NCBI GenBank assembly: GCA_963795085.1
Contig: CAWCFX010000001.1
Span: forward strand, 352,001-416,000
Origin: an uncultured Gemmatimonadales bacterium
GTDB lineage: Bacteria > Gemmatimonadota > Gemmatimonadetes > Gemmatimonadales > GWC2-71-9
DNA length: 64,000 nucleotides
Direction: 5' to 3'
Positions 36,950-47,082 of the stretch are shown here, in pieces. Both the position numbers and the translations under genes were made by a program. Position 1 is the first letter of the stretch; the number at the start of each line of letters is the position of its first letter. Under the pieces are notes generated by a model. The model ran no database searches, had not been told where the DNA came from, and worked only from the letters and a program-made list of their open reading frames with translations.

Positions 36950-39148
36950 TTGCAGTTCACCGACGAATGGCTGTATCCCACCATGGAAACCCTGGTTGCC
37001 CGGGAGGAGCTGGACGCGCTTCGCAAGTCGCCCGGCGAGCCGGCCTCCCTGTGGGAAACCATGGTGCAGAAGAAACTGACCACCGACGACAAGGTGCTGG
37101 CGGCTGCCGCCGAGCGCTTTCGCCTGCCGGTGGCCGATCTCAGCAAGCTGGAAGTCAAGGTGCGCGAATCGGTTCCCGAGACGCTGGCCCGTCGGTTCAA
37201 TGTGCTGCCCCTGCGGCTCACCGATTCCTACATCGAAGTCGCTTCCGCCAACCCGTTCGACATCGACGCCGAGAAACTGATGGCGTTCGCCACCGGGCGT
37301 GAGGTGCGCATGCACCTGGCTTCCCCGGCCCGCATCCGGGAAAAACTGGAGGAGGTGTACCGGCCGGAGACCGTGGTGTCGAAGCTGCTGGGCGGCATGG
37401 AAGCGGCGGAGGTCCAGCAGCTGGAGGACGAGCCGGAGGACCTCGCCTCCTCCGAAGAAGAGGCCAGTCATGCGCCGATCATCCGGCTGGTGGACCTCCT
37501 CCTTTCCGACGGCATCCTGAGCCGCGCCAGCGATATCCACGTCGAGCCGGCCGAGGGGGGCGTAGTGGTGCGCTACCGGATCGACGGCGTGCTCCGCCAG
37601 GCGATGAAGATCCCGCGCACCGCCGGGCTGCCGCTGATCTCCCGGCTCAAGATCATGTCGTCGCTCGATATCGCCGACCGGCTGCGGCCCCAGGATGGCC
37701 GGGCCCGGGTCAGCGTGAATGGGTCCCCGGTCGATCTCCGCGTGTCCACGCTGCCGGCCACCCTGGGCGAGAAGGTCGTCATCCGGATCCTCAACGCCAA
37801 GGCGACCGTGCTCACGCTCGAGTCCCTCGGCATGTACGAGGACGAGCGTGCCGCGATCACCAACCTCCTCCAGCACAAGGAGGGGATCGTGCTGGTCACC
37901 GGCCCGACCGGCTCCGGCAAGACCACCACGCTGTACTCGGCCCTCCGGCTGGTGCAGAGCGAAGGCGTCAACATCGTCACGGTGGAAGACCCCGTCGAGT
38001 ACCGGCTGGGTTCCAACATCGTGCAGGTGCAGGTCAATGAGAAAGCCGGCCTGACTTTCGCCGCGGCCCTCCGGTCCATCCTGCGGCAGGACCCGGACGT
38101 GGTGCTGCTCGGTGAGATCCGGGACCAGGAAACCGCCCGGATCGCCGTCCAGGCCTCGCTGACCGGCCACCTGGTGCTGTCCACCCTGCACACCAACGAT
38201 GCCCCCAACGCGGTGACCCGGCTGGTGGACATGGGGCTCGAAGCGTACAAGCTGGCCTCCGCGCTCCGGGGGATCGTCGCGCAGCGGCTGATGCGCCGGC
38301 TTTGCACGACCTGCCGGGAGCCCCACACCGGCGAAATTCCCACCAAGCTCCGCCGCTACGTGCCCGACGGCGCCACGCTCTTCCGCTCGGTGGGCTGTCC
38401 CGAGTGCTCCATGACCGGGTACCGCGGCCGCTTCAGCATCGTGGAAGTGCTCACCATGGGCCCCGAGCTGGAGCGCCGGATCGGGGCGGGGGCTACCGCC
38501 GACAAGATCGCCGAGAGCGCGCGCGACAACGGCATGAAATCCCTCTGGGAGAGCGGGCTCCGCCACGTGCTGGCCGGCGACTCGGCGCTGGACGAGCTGC
38601 TCCGGGTCACCGGCGCCCCGGTCACCGACGTCGTGCCGCCGCCCCCGGTCGCCCCTGCGGCATCCCGGCATTCGCCGCCGCCGGCCCCCTCCTCCGCGGC
38701 GCACCACCAGCCGGTGGATCTCTCCACCGCCTTCGACCTGGTGGACGACGGCGAGGCCCCCGCCACCAAGCGACAGGCGACCATCCTCCTGGTGGACGAC
38801 GAAGACCAGCTGCGCCGGGTGATGCGGGACCTCCTGGAACGGGAAGGGTACGCGGTCGCGGAGGCGCGTGACGGGGTGCAGGCCCTGGACGAGGTGGACC
38901 GGCATGCGCCCGATGTCATCGTGCTCGATCTCAACCTGCCCGGGCTGGACGGGTACAACGTTCTCTCCAAGCTCAGGAGCCGGGACCCGACCCGCCACAT
39001 CCCGGTGATCGTGCTGACGGCCAAGGGCGACGAGGACAATGAGGTCCGGGTGTTTGAGCTGGGCGCCGATGATTTTCTCACCAAGCCGTTCCGGGCCCGC
39101 GCCCTGTCGGCTCGGCTCGAGGCCCTGCTCAGCCGGCGCCGAACCTGA
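36950..39148 (+). CDS. GspE/PilB-family secretion ATPase with C-terminal receiver domain
   Basis: [31 protein letters not shown]...[17 protein letters not shown], CxxC/CxxC; Pro/Ala linker; LVDDED...[10 protein letters not shown]...LTA...KPF. Confidence 0.93.
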   Translation: MQFTDEWLYPTMETLVAREELDALRKSPGEPASLWETMVQKKLTTDDKVLAAAAERFRLPVADLSKLEVKVRESVPETLARRFNVLPLRLTDSYIEVASANPFDIDAEKLMAFATGREVRMHLASPARIREKLEEVYRPETVVSKLLGGMEAAEVQQLEDEPEDLASSEEEASHAPIIRLVDLLLSDGILSRASDIHVEPAEGGVVVRYRIDGVLRQAMKIPRTAGLPLISRLKIMSSLDIADRLRPQDGRARVSVNGSPVDLRVSTLPATLGEKVVIRILNAKATVLTLESLGMYEDERAAITNLLQHKEGIVLVTGPTGSGKTTTLYSALRLVQSEGVNIVTVEDPVEYRLGSNIVQVQVNEKAGLTFAAALRSILRQDPDVVLLGEIRDQETARIAVQASLTGHLVLSTLHTNDAPNAVTRLVDMGLEAYKLASALRGIVAQRLMRRLCTTCREPHTGEIPTKLRRYVPDGATLFRSVGCPECSMTGYRGRFSIVEVLTMGPELERRIGAGATADKIAESARDNGMKSLWESGLRHVLAGDSALDELLRVTGAPVTDVVPPPPVAPAASRHSPPPAPSSAAHHQPVDLSTAFDLVDDGEAPATKRQATILLVDDEDQLRRVMRDLLEREGYAVAEARDGVQALDEVDRHAPDVIVLDLNLPGLDGYNVLSKLRSRDPTRHIPVIVLTAKGDEDNEVRVFELGADDFLTKPFRARALSARLEALLSRRRT

Positions 39149-39167
39149 GCCGGGCGATCCTCCCCGC

Positions 39168-39635
39168 ATGACCCGCGTGGCCGTCTCCATCGTTGACGTG
39201 TATCCGGTCCGGCACCGCGCCGGCGGGCTCCAGGTTCTCCTCCTGCGGCGGGGTGGGGGAACCCGCTGCACCGGTGCCTGGGAGGTCGTCCATGGTCATA
39301 TCGAAGCGGGGGAATCCCCGGCCGAGGCGGCCCGGCGCGAGCTGGAAGAGGAAACCGGGCTGCGGCCGGCCGCGTGGTATAACCTGAGCCGGGTGGAGGC
39401 GTTCTACCAGCACCGGGACGATGAAGTGGCCCTGGTGCCGGTGTTCGTCGCGCTGTTTCGGGACGAGGCGGCGGTGAGCCTGAGCGCTGAACACGATGCC
39501 GGCGAATGGCTGCCGCTGGCGGAAGCGGCCGGCCGGTGCGCCTGGCCCCGCGAACGGCGGGCCATGGACGATATCCGCGAGTTGCTGGCGACCGGCTCCG
39601 CCGCCGCGCTGGACGATGTGCTGAGGATGCCTTGA
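39168..39635 (+). CDS. NUDIX hydrolase (NudB-like)
   Basis: [23 protein letters not shown]udix box; LSAEH. Confidence 0.88.
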   Translation: MTRVAVSIVDVYPVRHRAGGLQVLLLRRGGGTRCTGAWEVVHGHIEAGESPAEAARRELEEETGLRPAAWYNLSRVEAFYQHRDDEVALVPVFVALFRDEAAVSLSAEHDAGEWLPLAEAAGRCAWPRERRAMDDIRELLATGSAAALDDVLRMP

Positions 39636-39639
39636 AACC

Positions 39640-41070
39640 ATGCTGATGTTTACTGCCCTCGTATCACTCGCTGGCATGATCGGCGTATCGGACCCGGCGA
39701 CGGCGGCCTGCACCCGTCTCAGCCGGGCCGGGACCCAGGTGCAGGGGGACGTGAAGATCTGCCCCGGCCGCTACCGCTTCGCGGACCCGCGGGAGCGCGG
39801 TGTCATCATCATCGCCGCGTCGCTCACCCGGCTCGACCTGACCGGGGTGACCCTGGAGAGCGGGGACTCGGTGGCCTCCCGGTTTACCGGGGTGGGCGTC
39901 CTGAGCGCCGGGGTGGACCGGGTGGAGATCACCGGGGGCACCATCCGCGGCTTTCGCTATGGCATCCGGATCGAAGGCGGCCGGGGGCACCGGGTGAGCG
40001 GGAGCGACCTGTCGGGCTCCCGGCGGCAGGAACTCTACTCGTCCCCGGAGACCTACAGCGAACGGGACTGGCTGGACATCTTCCGGCCCGACACCTTCGA
40101 GCAATACGGCGGCGGCCTCCTGCTCAAGCACACCGACGGGGCCACGGTCACCGGGGTGACGGCGCGCGCGGCGCAGAATGGCATCGGCCTCATCGGCGTG
40201 CGGAGAACCTATGTTGCCGACAATGATGTCTCCGGCAACAGCGGCTGGGGGATTCATCTCTGGCAATCCGCCCACAACGTCATCGTCCGGAACCAGGCCC
40301 GCCACAACGTGCGCTGCGAGAGCGCCCGCTACAGCCGGGGCTGTGATTCCGCCGCCCTGCTGCTCCGGGAGCGGAGCGATTCCAACCTGGTCGCCGATAA
40401 TGATCTCAGTCACTCAGGCGACGGGTTCTTCCTGAGCGGCCACCGGCCCCTGGTCCAGCCCTCCATCGGCAACCTGGTGATTCGCAACGATGCGAGCCAC
40501 TCCTACCACAATGCCTTCGAGTCCACCTTCAGCGCCTGGAACCTGTTTCTCGACAACCGGGCCGACAGCTCGGGCTACGGCTTCTGGCTGGGCTTTTCCA
40601 CCGGCAACGTGGTGCGGGGCAACACCATGGTGGGTTCGCGCGTGGCGGGCATCGCGATCGAACACGGCAGCGACAACGAGATCGCCGCGAACGTAATTAT
40701 CGGCGGCCAGCGGGGGATCTATCTTTTCGCCCCCGGCAACGCAACGGACCGAAGCCGCAACTACCGGGTGCAGGACAATACCCTTGCCAGGTTGGAGCAG
40801 GGCCTGGTGATGGAGCGGACCACCCATTCCAAGGTGCGGGGGAACCTGTTCGACGGGGTGGGGGAGGGGATGGTGGTGGACTCTGCGGGCGCGGATACCG
40901 AAATATCGGGGAACGTGTTCCTGCGGGCCAACCGGCTCTTCGTGCGGGCCCCCCGGCTGACCGCGGGGGGCAACTTCTGGGGCGCCCCCAGCGAGGCCGA
41001 CACCCGGGCGCGAATCCAGGGCAGCGTGTCGCTCGACCCCTGGCATCCCGCCAGCGCGGCCGGTTACTGA
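39640..41070 (+). CDS. Secreted right-handed parallel beta-helix protein (NosD/CASH-like)
   Basis: Signal peptide; repeated N-ladder units (NDVSGNSGWGIHL, SDSNLVADNDL, STGNVVRGN), GGNFWG. Confidence 0.78.
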   Translation: MLMFTALVSLAGMIGVSDPATAACTRLSRAGTQVQGDVKICPGRYRFADPRERGVIIIAASLTRLDLTGVTLESGDSVASRFTGVGVLSAGVDRVEITGGTIRGFRYGIRIEGGRGHRVSGSDLSGSRRQELYSSPETYSERDWLDIFRPDTFEQYGGGLLLKHTDGATVTGVTARAAQNGIGLIGVRRTYVADNDVSGNSGWGIHLWQSAHNVIVRNQARHNVRCESARYSRGCDSAALLLRERSDSNLVADNDLSHSGDGFFLSGHRPLVQPSIGNLVIRNDASHSYHNAFESTFSAWNLFLDNRADSSGYGFWLGFSTGNVVRGNTMVGSRVAGIAIEHGSDNEIAANVIIGGQRGIYLFAPGNATDRSRNYRVQDNTLARLEQGLVMERTTHSKVRGNLFDGVGEGMVVDSAGADTEISGNVFLRANRLFVRAPRLTAGGNFWGAPSEADTRARIQGSVSLDPWHPASAAGY

Positions 41071-43349
41071 GTCTTCCTGGCGATTTCCTCGGCGATCGCT
41101 TTCAATTCCCGCAGGTTGAACGGCTTCATGACCACCGGCACTCCGTCCTGGGCGAGGGGAGTGGCGCCGTCGGCCGCCAGGATGACCCGGTCCCGGTAGC
41201 GGGGCAGCACCGCCACCAGCGCCCGGAGAAAAAGGACGCCCGGCTCCGCCGCCGCCCGCGCTTCGGCGATCACCAGGTCGTAGTCCCGGGCCGCCGCCAG
41301 CTCGAGGCCCTGGGCGCCGGTCCTCGCCGTTTCCACGTGATAGCCTTCGCTGGCGAAGAGGGCGCTCACCACCCGCTGCACCGAGATGTCGTGGTCCACC
41401 AGCAGCACGGCCCGGGTCCGCGGTGCGCCTTCCGCGCCCTTCCCGCCGCTCTCGACATACACCGGAAGGCCTACCTGGAACAGGGCGCCGCCCAGTTCGC
41501 TGGACGCGTGGCTCAGCCGTCCCCCGTGCGCGTCCACGATCCCGTAGCTGATCGAAAGCCCCAGCCCGGTGCCGTGTCCCGGTTCCTTGGTCGTGAAGAA
41601 GGGCGTAAACAGCTGGGGCACCAGGGCCGGCGGAATTCCGGGGCCGGAATCTTCCACCCTGATCCGGGCCTCCCCGTCCGCCTGGGCCGTTGTGATGACC
41701 AGGGTGCGGGCCCGCTCCGGCGGCAGGTCGGCGATGGCCTGCATGGCGTTGGTGAGGAGATTGAGGACCACCTGCTGCAGTTCGTAAGGATCCGCCTGCA
41801 CCGCGGGCGAGGATGGATCGAGCCGCTGCTCGAAGTTGATGCCCCGGAGCTTGATGTCGTACGCCAGCAGCGCGGCGGTGCGGCCCACCACGTCGTTCAG
41901 TTGAACCCGGACTTTCTCATGACCGCCTTTGCGGGCGAAGGTCAGCAGGTCCCGCACGATCCGGCCGGCCCGTTCCGCCTGTTCGTGGATGACCCTGAGG
42001 TGTTCCCGCTCCCGGGGATCGGACTTGCCCTGTTCGACCAGGAACTCGGAAAGGCCGGCAATCGAGGTGAGGGGGTTATTGAGTTCATGGGCCACGCCCG
42101 ACACCAGTTGGCCCACCGCCGCCAGTTTCTCGTTCTGAATCAACTGCGCTTCCAGCTTCCGCTGGTCGGTGACGTCCTCGATCAGGACCACCACGGCATT
42201 GCGGCCCCCGAGGTCCGGCAGGGGAGCGGCCGTCAGCCGCAGCACCCGGTCGAGCCGCTCCGCGCGGGTGATCAGCGGGGAAGTTCGCCGGCCCGCCCGC
42301 GCTTCCTCCACCAGCTGGCGCGCGGCTTCGGCCTGGCCCACCGCGGTGTCGCCAAAGGGCTGGCCCAGCAACGCCGCGATCGGCGAGCCCAGTAGCCGGC
42401 CCAGGGCGTGGTTGGCCCGGTTGACCGTGCCGTCGGCGCCCACCACCGCGATGCCCTCGGCCAGCGCGTTGAACGTGGTTTCCCATTCTTCCTTGCTCCG
42501 GCGGATCATCTCGAAGAACCGGCTGTTGGCCAGCACCACCGCGGCCTGGGTGGCAACGGTCGAGAGCAGCTGGAAATCCTCCGACGTGAAACTGCTGTCC
42601 CTCCGGTCCGCGACCACCAGCGTACCCAGCGTCACGCCGTGGGCCCTGAGCGGAATCGCGGCGGCGGAGCGGACGGCCACCCCTTCGATGTCCAGCAGCT
42701 GAGTGCCCGCCTCCGCCGACTCCAGCCGCTCCCCCGCGATCGCGCGCATGATGAGCGTGTCGCCGACGTCGGAGATGAGATGCCCCTTCAAATCCTGGAG
42801 CGTCCCCTCCGCCGAAATGACCTTGAGGACGTCGCCGCCCTCTTCCAGGAGCGCCACCAGGGATCCCTCCGCCTGGAGGAACCGCCGCGCATAGCGGGCC
42901 ACCTGGTCCACGATGTGGTCCAGCTGCAGCGACTCCGACAGGACGTAGCTCAACTCCTGCAGGGTGAACAGCTCGTTCAGCCGCCGTTCCAGCTGCACCG
43001 CCATCTCATCCCGCTCCCGCGCCGAGCGCAGGGTCTCCTGCTCGGCCCGGGCCACGGTCAGCCCCAGGGCAACCAGGATTGTGAGGGTGATCGAGGCGAC
43101 CATCGGGGCCAGCGGCGGACGGGCCAGGAACGCGAACAGGGCGAGAACCGCGACCGACGACCGGATGATCGTCATGGTCCAGGCCGGGCGCCAGAGCTGC
43201 AGCAACAGCATGCCCAGCCCGTAGGCCACCAGCAAGGCGCTGGCCCAGCGGGGCAGCCCCTTGAAGGTCAGGGTCAGCGCCCCCGTCACCGCGAATACGG
43301 CGAAGGGCAGCGCCGTGAGCAGCGCGATCAGCCGCCGGAAATCGTTCAG
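41064..43349 (-). CDS. Membrane hybrid histidine kinase (TM-GAF-PAS-HisKA-HATPase-pseudo-REC)
   Basis: GVAHELNNPL, QVVLNLLTNA, DSGPGI, PFFTTK...GTGLGL; start placed at CTG 43349 (first canonical GTG is 43289). Confidence 0.9.
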   Translation of the reverse strand: MNDFRRLIALLTALPFAVFAVTGALTLTFKGLPRWASALLVAYGLGMLLLQLWRPAWTMTIIRSSVAVLALFAFLARPPLAPMVASITLTILVALGLTVARAEQETLRSARERDEMAVQLERRLNELFTLQELSYVLSESLQLDHIVDQVARYARRFLQAEGSLVALLEEGGDVLKVISAEGTLQDLKGHLISDVGDTLIMRAIAGERLESAEAGTQLLDIEGVAVRSAAAIPLRAHGVTLGTLVVADRRDSSFTSEDFQLLSTVATQAAVVLANSRFFEMIRRSKEEWETTFNALAEGIAVVGADGTVNRANHALGRLLGSPIAALLGQPFGDTAVGQAEAARQLVEEARAGRRTSPLITRAERLDRVLRLTAAPLPDLGGRNAVVVLIEDVTDQRKLEAQLIQNEKLAAVGQLVSGVAHELNNPLTSIAGLSEFLVEQGKSDPREREHLRVIHEQAERAGRIVRDLLTFARKGGHEKVRVQLNDVVGRTAALLAYDIKLRGINFEQRLDPSSPAVQADPYELQQVVLNLLTNAMQAIADLPPERARTLVITTAQADGEARIRVEDSGPGIPPALVPQLFTPFFTTKEPGHGTGLGLSISYGIVDAHGGRLSHASSELGGALFQVGLPVYVESGGKGAEGAPRTRAVLLVDHDISVQRVVSALFASEGYHVETARTGAQGLELAAARDYDLVIAEARAAAEPGVLFLRALVAVLPRYRDRVILAADGATPLAQDGVPVVMKPFNLRELKAIAEEIARKTQ

Positions 43350-44182
43350 CTGCCGGACCCTCCCACCCGCTCGGTCACGTAGGCTTCCGGGGGCGCGTTG
43401 GGCTTGACCCGGACCGACTTGGCCGGGATTCCCACGTAGACGTGATAAGGCCGCACGTCCTTGGTCGCGACCGCGACCGCGCCGACCATGCCGTTCCGGC
43501 GGACCCGGACGCCGGCGAGCACGGTGGCATGGTAGGTGATGCGCACATCATCCTCCAGGATGGTCCGCGCGTTGGTCACTTCCTTCTGCTCGACGATGCT
43601 GTGGGTGTGGCTGTAGATGTTGGCGTAATCGGAAATGCTGACCCGGTCGCCGAGCGAGATTCCCCCCCGGTCGTCGAGGAGCACGTGCCGGTGGACTACC
43701 ACGTCGTCGCCCACTTCCATGTTGTAGCCAAAGGAGAACTCGACGTGGTGGAAGCATTTGAAGTTCTTGCCAACCCGGCTGAAGATGTGCTGGGCCAGGA
43801 TGCGGCGGAACCGGACACCGAGATGCACGTTCTGGCCGCCCAGGGGAGAGCGGTCGAACGACATCCAGAGCCAGAGCAGCGGCTTGACCCGGGCGAACTT
43901 CGCCGCGTCCACGTCGCTGTAGTACTCGGCCTCGAGGGTGATGTTCCAGGGGTCGAGGGCGAGCAGCGCGGCCCGCGAGCTGTCTGGAAGGGAAGGACTC
44001 TGCATCAGGCTCTCGTAGTCGCCGGCGCCCGGATGGTAAATCTCGAAGAGAATGTCCCGGGTGATCCGGTACCAGTCCGCCCCCGGCGCGGCCAGCTTCT
44101 CGGCCAGCTGGCCCAGCCAGTCCTCGTAAAAGCGGCCGACCTGCGCGGGTAGCTCGACCTGCTTCAGCGGCAAGAACGCCAT
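43346..44182 (-). CDS. Hexapeptide-repeat (left-handed beta-helix) acyltransferase
   Basis: VGDDVVVH, LGDRVSIS, LEDDVRIT, VGAVAVATKDV...VGIPAK; GGGAG SD. Confidence 0.88.
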   Translation of the reverse strand: MAFLPLKQVELPAQVGRFYEDWLGQLAEKLAAPGADWYRITRDILFEIYHPGAGDYESLMQSPSLPDSSRAALLALDPWNITLEAEYYSDVDAAKFARVKPLLWLWMSFDRSPLGGQNVHLGVRFRRILAQHIFSRVGKNFKCFHHVEFSFGYNMEVGDDVVVHRHVLLDDRGGISLGDRVSISDYANIYSHTHSIVEQKEVTNARTILEDDVRITYHATVLAGVRVRRNGMVGAVAVATKDVRPYHVYVGIPAKSVRVKPNAPPEAYVTERVGGSGS

Positions 44183-44199
44183 GCTGTCTCCCTCCCGGT

Positions 44200-44229
44200 T
44201 TGACTTGGAACCCACGCTCGGATTAAGAT
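44200..44229 (+). promoter_or_regulatory. Sigma70-type promoter of the apbE operon
   Basis: TTGACT-N18-TAAGAT. Confidence 0.6.
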
Positions 44230-44242
44230 ACGTGGAAGATTA

Positions 44243-44260
44243 AATGAGAACAATTCTCAA
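44243..44260. promoter_or_regulatory. Fur-family operator
   Basis: AATGAGAACAATTCTCAA: 7-1-7 inverted repeat TGAGAAC-A-ATTCTCA in an AT-rich island just downstream of the -10. Confidence 0.65.
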
Positions 44261-44275
44261 CTGGTTTCCGAGGTC

Positions 44276-45292
44276 TTGCTGCCGTTGCCGTATCGTAAGT
44301 TAGCCGCCTTCACGGTTCTTGGCGGGGCCCTTCTGGCCCCCGCCGATGCTGTCCGGGTCACCCGTGAGACCTTCCTCATGGGCACCACGCTGACCCTCTC
44401 GGTGACCTCGCCGTCCCGCGATTCCAGCATCCGGGCCATCGATTCCGCCCTGGCCAGAGTTCGCGTCGTGGACGATCTCCTCAACGACTGGCGCGCGGAC
44501 AGCGAGCTGGGGCGCTTCAACCGTGCGGCGCCGGGCCTCCCGGCCTCGATCAGTCCAGGGCTCGCCGGCTATCTCGCCGAGGTCAGTGAATGGACCCAGG
44601 CCTCGGGTGGCGCTATCGACCCGGCGATCGGCGCCCTGATCGACGCCTGGGATCTGCGCGGGCCGGGGCAGGTGCCCCGGGAATCCCTGCTGGCCCAGGC
44701 GCGGGCCGGATCGGGCATGTATCGATTTCAACCTGATTGGGCTCGCCGCACCGCGATGCGGCCCACCGCCGGAAGCTGGATTGATGCGGGAAGCTTCGGC
44801 AAGGGTGCCGCTCTCCGGGCGATGGGGCAGGAGCTGGAACGGCGGGGGGCGCTCCGGGCGGTTCTTAATTTCGGGGGCCAGGTGCTCGCGGTCGGCGATA
44901 CCACGGTCACCATCGAGGTCGCCCACCCGGAACGGCGCTTCGAACCTGCCGCCCGGATCTCCCTGACCCGGGCTTCGGCCTCCACCTCTGGGCAATCGGA
45001 GCGCCTGCGGGTGGTGGACGGGGTTTCGGCTGGACACCTGCTCGATCCGCGCAGCGGGCGCCCGGTGCCTCCCTGGGGCAGCGTCACCGTCATTCATCCC
45101 GATCCAATGACCGCCGACATCCTCTCCACCGCGCTCTTCGTGATGGGACCGGAGGCGGGAATGACCTGGGCAGCCAGCCATGACATCGCCGCCCTGTTCC
45201 TGGTAGCCGGGCCGGCCGGCCCGGATCCGCGCTGGTCTCCATCGTTCATGCCCTACCTGCCAGCACTCCGACCTTCCACCCATGGAGATTGA
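44276..45292 (+). CDS. apbE: FAD:protein FMN transferase (ApbE/Ftp)
   Basis: LMGT, SELGRFN, SGGAIDPAIGALIDAW, DAGSFGKG, NFGG, STSG..ER, HLLDPRSG, ADILSTALFVMG. Confidence 0.92.
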   Translation: MLPLPYRKLAAFTVLGGALLAPADAVRVTRETFLMGTTLTLSVTSPSRDSSIRAIDSALARVRVVDDLLNDWRADSELGRFNRAAPGLPASISPGLAGYLAEVSEWTQASGGAIDPAIGALIDAWDLRGPGQVPRESLLAQARAGSGMYRFQPDWARRTAMRPTAGSWIDAGSFGKGAALRAMGQELERRGALRAVLNFGGQVLAVGDTTVTIEVAHPERRFEPAARISLTRASASTSGQSERLRVVDGVSAGHLLDPRSGRPVPPWGSVTVIHPDPMTADILSTALFVMGPEAGMTWAASHDIAALFLVAGPAGPDPRWSPSFMPYLPALRPSTHGD

Positions 45293-45293
45293 C

Positions 45294-46559
45294 GTGCGTT
45301 TTTCGGTCGTCCGGCCGGCGCTGGTGGTTGGCGCGCTGGCTCTGGGTACCGGTACCCTGGCCGCCCAGCAGGATTCGGCCCGCCTGGCCCGGCTCGAAAC
45401 CCAATTGGAGGCGGTGACCCGGGAGTTGGAATCGCTGCGGCTGGGGCAGGATCTCGTAGTCGAAGCCGACTCGGCCATCCACGGCTTTGGTCCCGCGGCG
45501 TCCAAGGTGTACCGGGTTCGCCAGGGCGTCTCCATTGGCGGCTATGGCGAAGTCCTGTATGAGAACTTCGCCGGCCGGCGGGAGGATCACGCGCCATCCG
45601 GACGCACTGACCGGATCGACGCGCTTCGAGCCATCGTGTACGTGGGGTACCGGTTCAGCGACAGGTTTCTTTTCAACTCGGAAATCGAGTTCGAGCACGG
45701 CAGCACGGAGGAGGGCGGCTCGGTCTCGCTCGAGTTCGGGTACCTCGACTTCCGGATTTCTCCCCGGTTCGGAATCCGGGCCGGTCTCCTGCTCGCCCCC
45801 ATGGGGTTCATCAATGAGCTGCATGAGCCGCCCGCTTTTCTCGGCGCGCGCCGCCCGGAAACCGAGCGCCATGTCATTCCTTCGACCTGGCGGGAGAACG
45901 GAATCGGCATCTTCGGCGAGGAGGGGCCGCTGGCCTACCGGGCCTACCTGGTCAACGGGTTTGAAGGCAGCGGCTTCACCGCCGGCAGCATTCGAGGCGG
46001 CCGGCAGAATGGCTCCGAAGCGAAGGCCAGGCATTTCGGAGCGGTGGGCCGGCTGGAATACCGGGCGCTTCCGGGGCTGATACTCGCGGGTTCGGCCTAT
46101 CTCGGAAATTCCGGCCAGAGTGATACGATCATGGCCCGCACGATTATCTGGGAAGGCCATGCCGAGTACCGGGCGGGGGGACTGGAAGTGCGGGGACTGG
46201 TGGCGGGGGCCGCGATCCGGGATGTCGCCGCCCTGAACGCCGAGGCTGGACTGGCCGGGGCTTCTTCCATCGGCGAGCGGCTGGGCGGGTGGTACCTGCA
46301 GGCCGGGTATGACGTCCTCCGCTCCCGGCGGACCGCGCACCAGCTCATCCCCTTCGTCCGCTATGAGTGGGTGAATACCCAGGACCGGGTGCCGTCCGGA
46401 TTCGCCAGTGATCCGGCCAACGCCCGCGCCATCACCACGGTGGGATTCGCGTGGAAGCCGCTGCCCAACATCGCACTCAAGACCGATTACCAGGTATTCA
46501 CGAACGAGGCCCGCACCGGGGTCAGTCAGCTCAATGCGGCTCTGGGTTATCTCTTTTAG
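45294..46559 (+). CDS. Outer-membrane beta-barrel porin (OprO/OprP-like)
   Basis: GGAG SD and GTG; signal peptide, coiled-coil segment, GGYGE...SEIEFEHG, terminal LGYLF beta-signal. Confidence 0.8.
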   Translation: MRFSVVRPALVVGALALGTGTLAAQQDSARLARLETQLEAVTRELESLRLGQDLVVEADSAIHGFGPAASKVYRVRQGVSIGGYGEVLYENFAGRREDHAPSGRTDRIDALRAIVYVGYRFSDRFLFNSEIEFEHGSTEEGGSVSLEFGYLDFRISPRFGIRAGLLLAPMGFINELHEPPAFLGARRPETERHVIPSTWRENGIGIFGEEGPLAYRAYLVNGFEGSGFTAGSIRGGRQNGSEAKARHFGAVGRLEYRALPGLILAGSAYLGNSGQSDTIMARTIIWEGHAEYRAGGLEVRGLVAGAAIRDVAALNAEAGLAGASSIGERLGGWYLQAGYDVLRSRRTAHQLIPFVRYEWVNTQDRVPSGFASDPANARAITTVGFAWKPLPNIALKTDYQVFTNEARTGVSQLNAALGYLF

Positions 46560-47082
46560 CCTGCTGGCATGTAGCGCCATGCCGCTCCGGGGCCAGGAAC
46601 GCCTGAGCCAGGCGGAAGCCCTGCGGCTGGCTTTTCCGGCGCCGCTCAGGGTGGAGCGGCGAACCGCCTATCTGGAGCCCGGGGCACTGGATTCCGCGCG
46701 TACGCTGGCGGGGGCCGACGTGGAGATAAGCCAGGGTGTCGTCACCTACTATGTCGGCCTGGACGGCGCCACGCCGGTGGCCACCGCGTACTTTGACGGT
46801 CACCTGGTGCGCTCCAAGCACGAGGTCGCCATGATCGTGGTGGACCGGGCCGGGCGGGTCCGGCAGGTCGAGATTCTCCGGTTTGACGAGCCACCGGAGT
46901 ACCGGGCTTCAAGGCGCTGGCTGGACCAGTTCCGGAAGCGGACGCTGAGCCGCGCGCTGTCCCTGAAAGGCGAGATCATGAATCTCACCGGGGCCACGCT
47001 CACCTCCCGGGCCCTGGTGCGGGCGAGCCGGCGGGTCCTGGCGCTCGACGCCGTCATCAACCCGCTGGGCCTTCCCCGGTGA
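46534..47082 (+). CDS. Periplasmic FMN-binding domain protein (flavinylation substrate)
   Basis: Signal peptide; WLDQF...NLTGATLTS containing the [ST]GA[ST] flavinylation motif. Confidence 0.85.
   Translation: MRLWVISFSLLACSAMPLRGQERLSQAEALRLAFPAPLRVERRTAYLEPGALDSARTLAGADVEISQGVVTYYVGLDGATPVATAYFDGHLVRSKHEVAMIVVDRAGRVRQVEILRFDEPPEYRASRRWLDQFRKRTLSRALSLKGEIMNLTGATLTSRALVRASRRVLALDAVINPLGLPR

Noticed and set aside
36914..39271. Long antisense or alternate-frame ORFs (e.g. 785 aa here, 697 aa at 54029, 674 aa at 34810, 569 aa at 6295)
   Set aside because: Expected shadows of genuine genes in high-GC DNA; no motifs
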